Shown here piece by piece: positions 62,401 to 64,000 of a DNA stretch of 64,000 nt. How positions within the stretch are numbered: position 1 is the stretch's first letter; the number at the start of each line of letters is the position of its first letter. This stretch comes from Malacoraja senta. Taxonomy: Eukaryota. The position numbers and the translations under genes are program-made. The stretch covers positions 558,001 through 622,000 of the forward strand of contig JAXLNO010000051.1 of NCBI GenBank assembly GCA_038087875.1. Reading direction: 5' to 3'. The notes under the pieces were generated by a model that was not told the DNA's origin, did not search any database, and saw only the letters and a program-made list of their open reading frames with translations.

Positions 62401-64000
62401 AAAGGCGACGAAAATTCAGCCTGTGAAAAGCGATGAAAATTCAGCAAGTGAAAAGTGATGAACCTTCAGGAGGCGATAAGCGACAACAATTCAGCACGTG
62501 AAAAGTAACTAACCTTCATGACGTGAAAAGCAACAAAAATTCAGCACACAGAAAGCGCCAAAATTTCAGAATATGAAATACGATGAAAATTCAACACGTG
62601 AAAAGTGACGAAAATTCAGCACACGAAAAGTGATGACATTTCAGGACGTGAAAAGCGACGAAATTGCAGCATACTAAAAGCAACTCAGTTCGCGAAAAAG
62701 ACGAATCTTCAGGACACGAAAAACGACGAAAATTCGAAATGCCAAAAGCGATGTAAATTCAAGATGCAAAACCCGACAACATTTCAGGACACGAAAAGCG
62801 ACAAAATTTCAGGACGCGGAAAGCGATGAAACATCAGGACGTATAAAGCGATGAAATTTCAGAATGAGAAAAGCGACGAAATTTCAGCAGTCGAAGAGTG
62901 ACGAAAATTCAGCAATCGAAAAGCGACGAAAATTTAGCACGCGAAAAGAGAGGAACATTCAGGAACATAAAGCGATGAATTTTCAGAGCGAGAAAAGGGG
63001 CAAGATTTCAGCACATGAAAAGAGAGGAATCTTCAGGATGTGAAAACTGATGAAAATGAAACACGCGAAAAACAACGAGAATTCAGCATGCAAAAAGTGA
63101 CGAAAATTCAGCACGCAAAAAGTGACAAACCTTCAGGATGCGAAAAGTGATGAAAATTCCGCTCGCAAAAACCAATGAAAATTCAGCACGCAGAAATCGA
63201 CGAACCGTCAGGACGTGAAAAGCAATGAAAAATCAGCACGCGAAAAGCGTCGAAAATTCAGCATACGAAAAGTGACGGAAATTCACCACGCGAAAAGTGA
63301 CGAACATTCAGGAACATAAAGCGATGAATTTTCAGAGCGAGAAAAGGGGCAAGATTTCAGCACACGAAAAGAGAGGAACCTTCAGTACGCGAAAAGCGAT
63401 GAAAATAAAGCACGCGAAAACCAACGAAAATTCAACACGCGAAAAGTAATGAAAATTCAGCACGCGAAAAGAGAGGAACCTTCAAGAGGTGAAAAGCGAT
63501 GAAAATGAAGCAGGCGAAAACCAACAAAAATTCAGCACGCGAAAAGCGACGAAGATTCAGCATGCGAAAAGCGATGAAATTACAGGACGCATAAAACGAT
63601 GAATTTTCAGCATGAGAAAAGCAGCAAGATTTCAGCACACAAAAAGTGACGAACCTTCAGGACGCGAAAAGTGATGAAAATGAAGCACATAAAAGCGACG
63701 AAAATTTAGCATGCGAAAAGTGACAAAAATCCAGCACGCGAAAAGCAACAAACGTTCAGCACACGAAATGCGACGTAAATTCAGGACGTGAAATGCGATG
63801 AAACATCAGGATGCATCAAGCGATGAAATTTCATGATGTGAAAAGAGACGAAATTTCAGCACGCGAAAAGCGACGAAAATTCAGCCAGCGAAAAGCGATG
63901 AAAATTCAGCACTTGAAAAGTTATGAACTTCAGGACGCAAAAAGAAACGAAAATTCAGCATGCGAAAAGCAACGAAAATTCTGCATGCGAAAAGCGACGA
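44491..64000. repeat. Large 25-bp satellite array (TGCTGAATTTTCGTCGCTTTTCGCG), interrupted by L1-B, three orientation switches
   Basis: 25-nt period (e.g. 48601, 48626, 48651). T-rich strand on + to ~53871, A-rich ~53872-55077, T-rich ~55078-56024, A-rich to the window end. Confidence 0.97.
44774..47727 (+). mobile_element. 5'-truncated L1 (L1-B): ORF2 RT to C-terminus, 3'UTR, polyA, 16-bp TSD
   Basis: GKAPGPDG; YRAIALLNTD; DQTGFIP; LDAEKAFD; RGCRQG.SP.SPLLF; LYADD; CDKC..H...C. AATAAA at 47703; TSD AAATGTTGTCGCTTTT at 44758-44773 and 47728-47743. Confidence 0.95.

Noticed and set aside
48093..63638. Many short K/R-rich or F-rich ORFs
   Set aside because: Translations of the 25-bp satellite.
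44491..64000. CENP-B box or E2F sites in the satellite
   Set aside because: TTCG is present but the consensus monomer lacks the remaining CENP-B box positions (A..CGGG); TTTTCGCGT is only a partial E2F match.

Overview
Repeat-dominated eukaryotic DNA, most likely from a cartilaginous fish (skate, ray or shark), inferred from HE1-like SINEs and CR1/HER1-type LINE tails. I cannot support any intact host protein-coding gene. The window contains: (i) a nested stack at ~1975-17760, in which a GA-rich polypurine tract was hit by a minus-strand Gypsy element whose gag/leader was split by an A-tailed retroposon and by a PIF/Harbinger-type TIR element, which in turn holds a near full-length L1 holding a second Gypsy; (ii) polypurine tracts punctuated by eight copies of a conserved ~45-bp island; (iii) a ~1.9-kb segmental duplication (1-1955 vs 20674-22580); (iv) many CR1, Rex1, RTE, Penelope and SINE fragments; (v) a CpG-rich, pseudo-symmetric divergent TATA promoter candidate at ~30.57-30.81 kb; (vi) two DIRS1-like tyrosine-recombinase retrotransposons, one structurally complete (ITRs, ICR, readable integration site); (vii) a 25-bp satellite from ~44.5 kb to the window end with three strand switches and a young-looking L1 insertion. 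There is a 200-N assembly gap at 25565-25764. Family names come from recognising protein and nucleotide motifs, not from database searches. Boundaries of small fragments are approximate.
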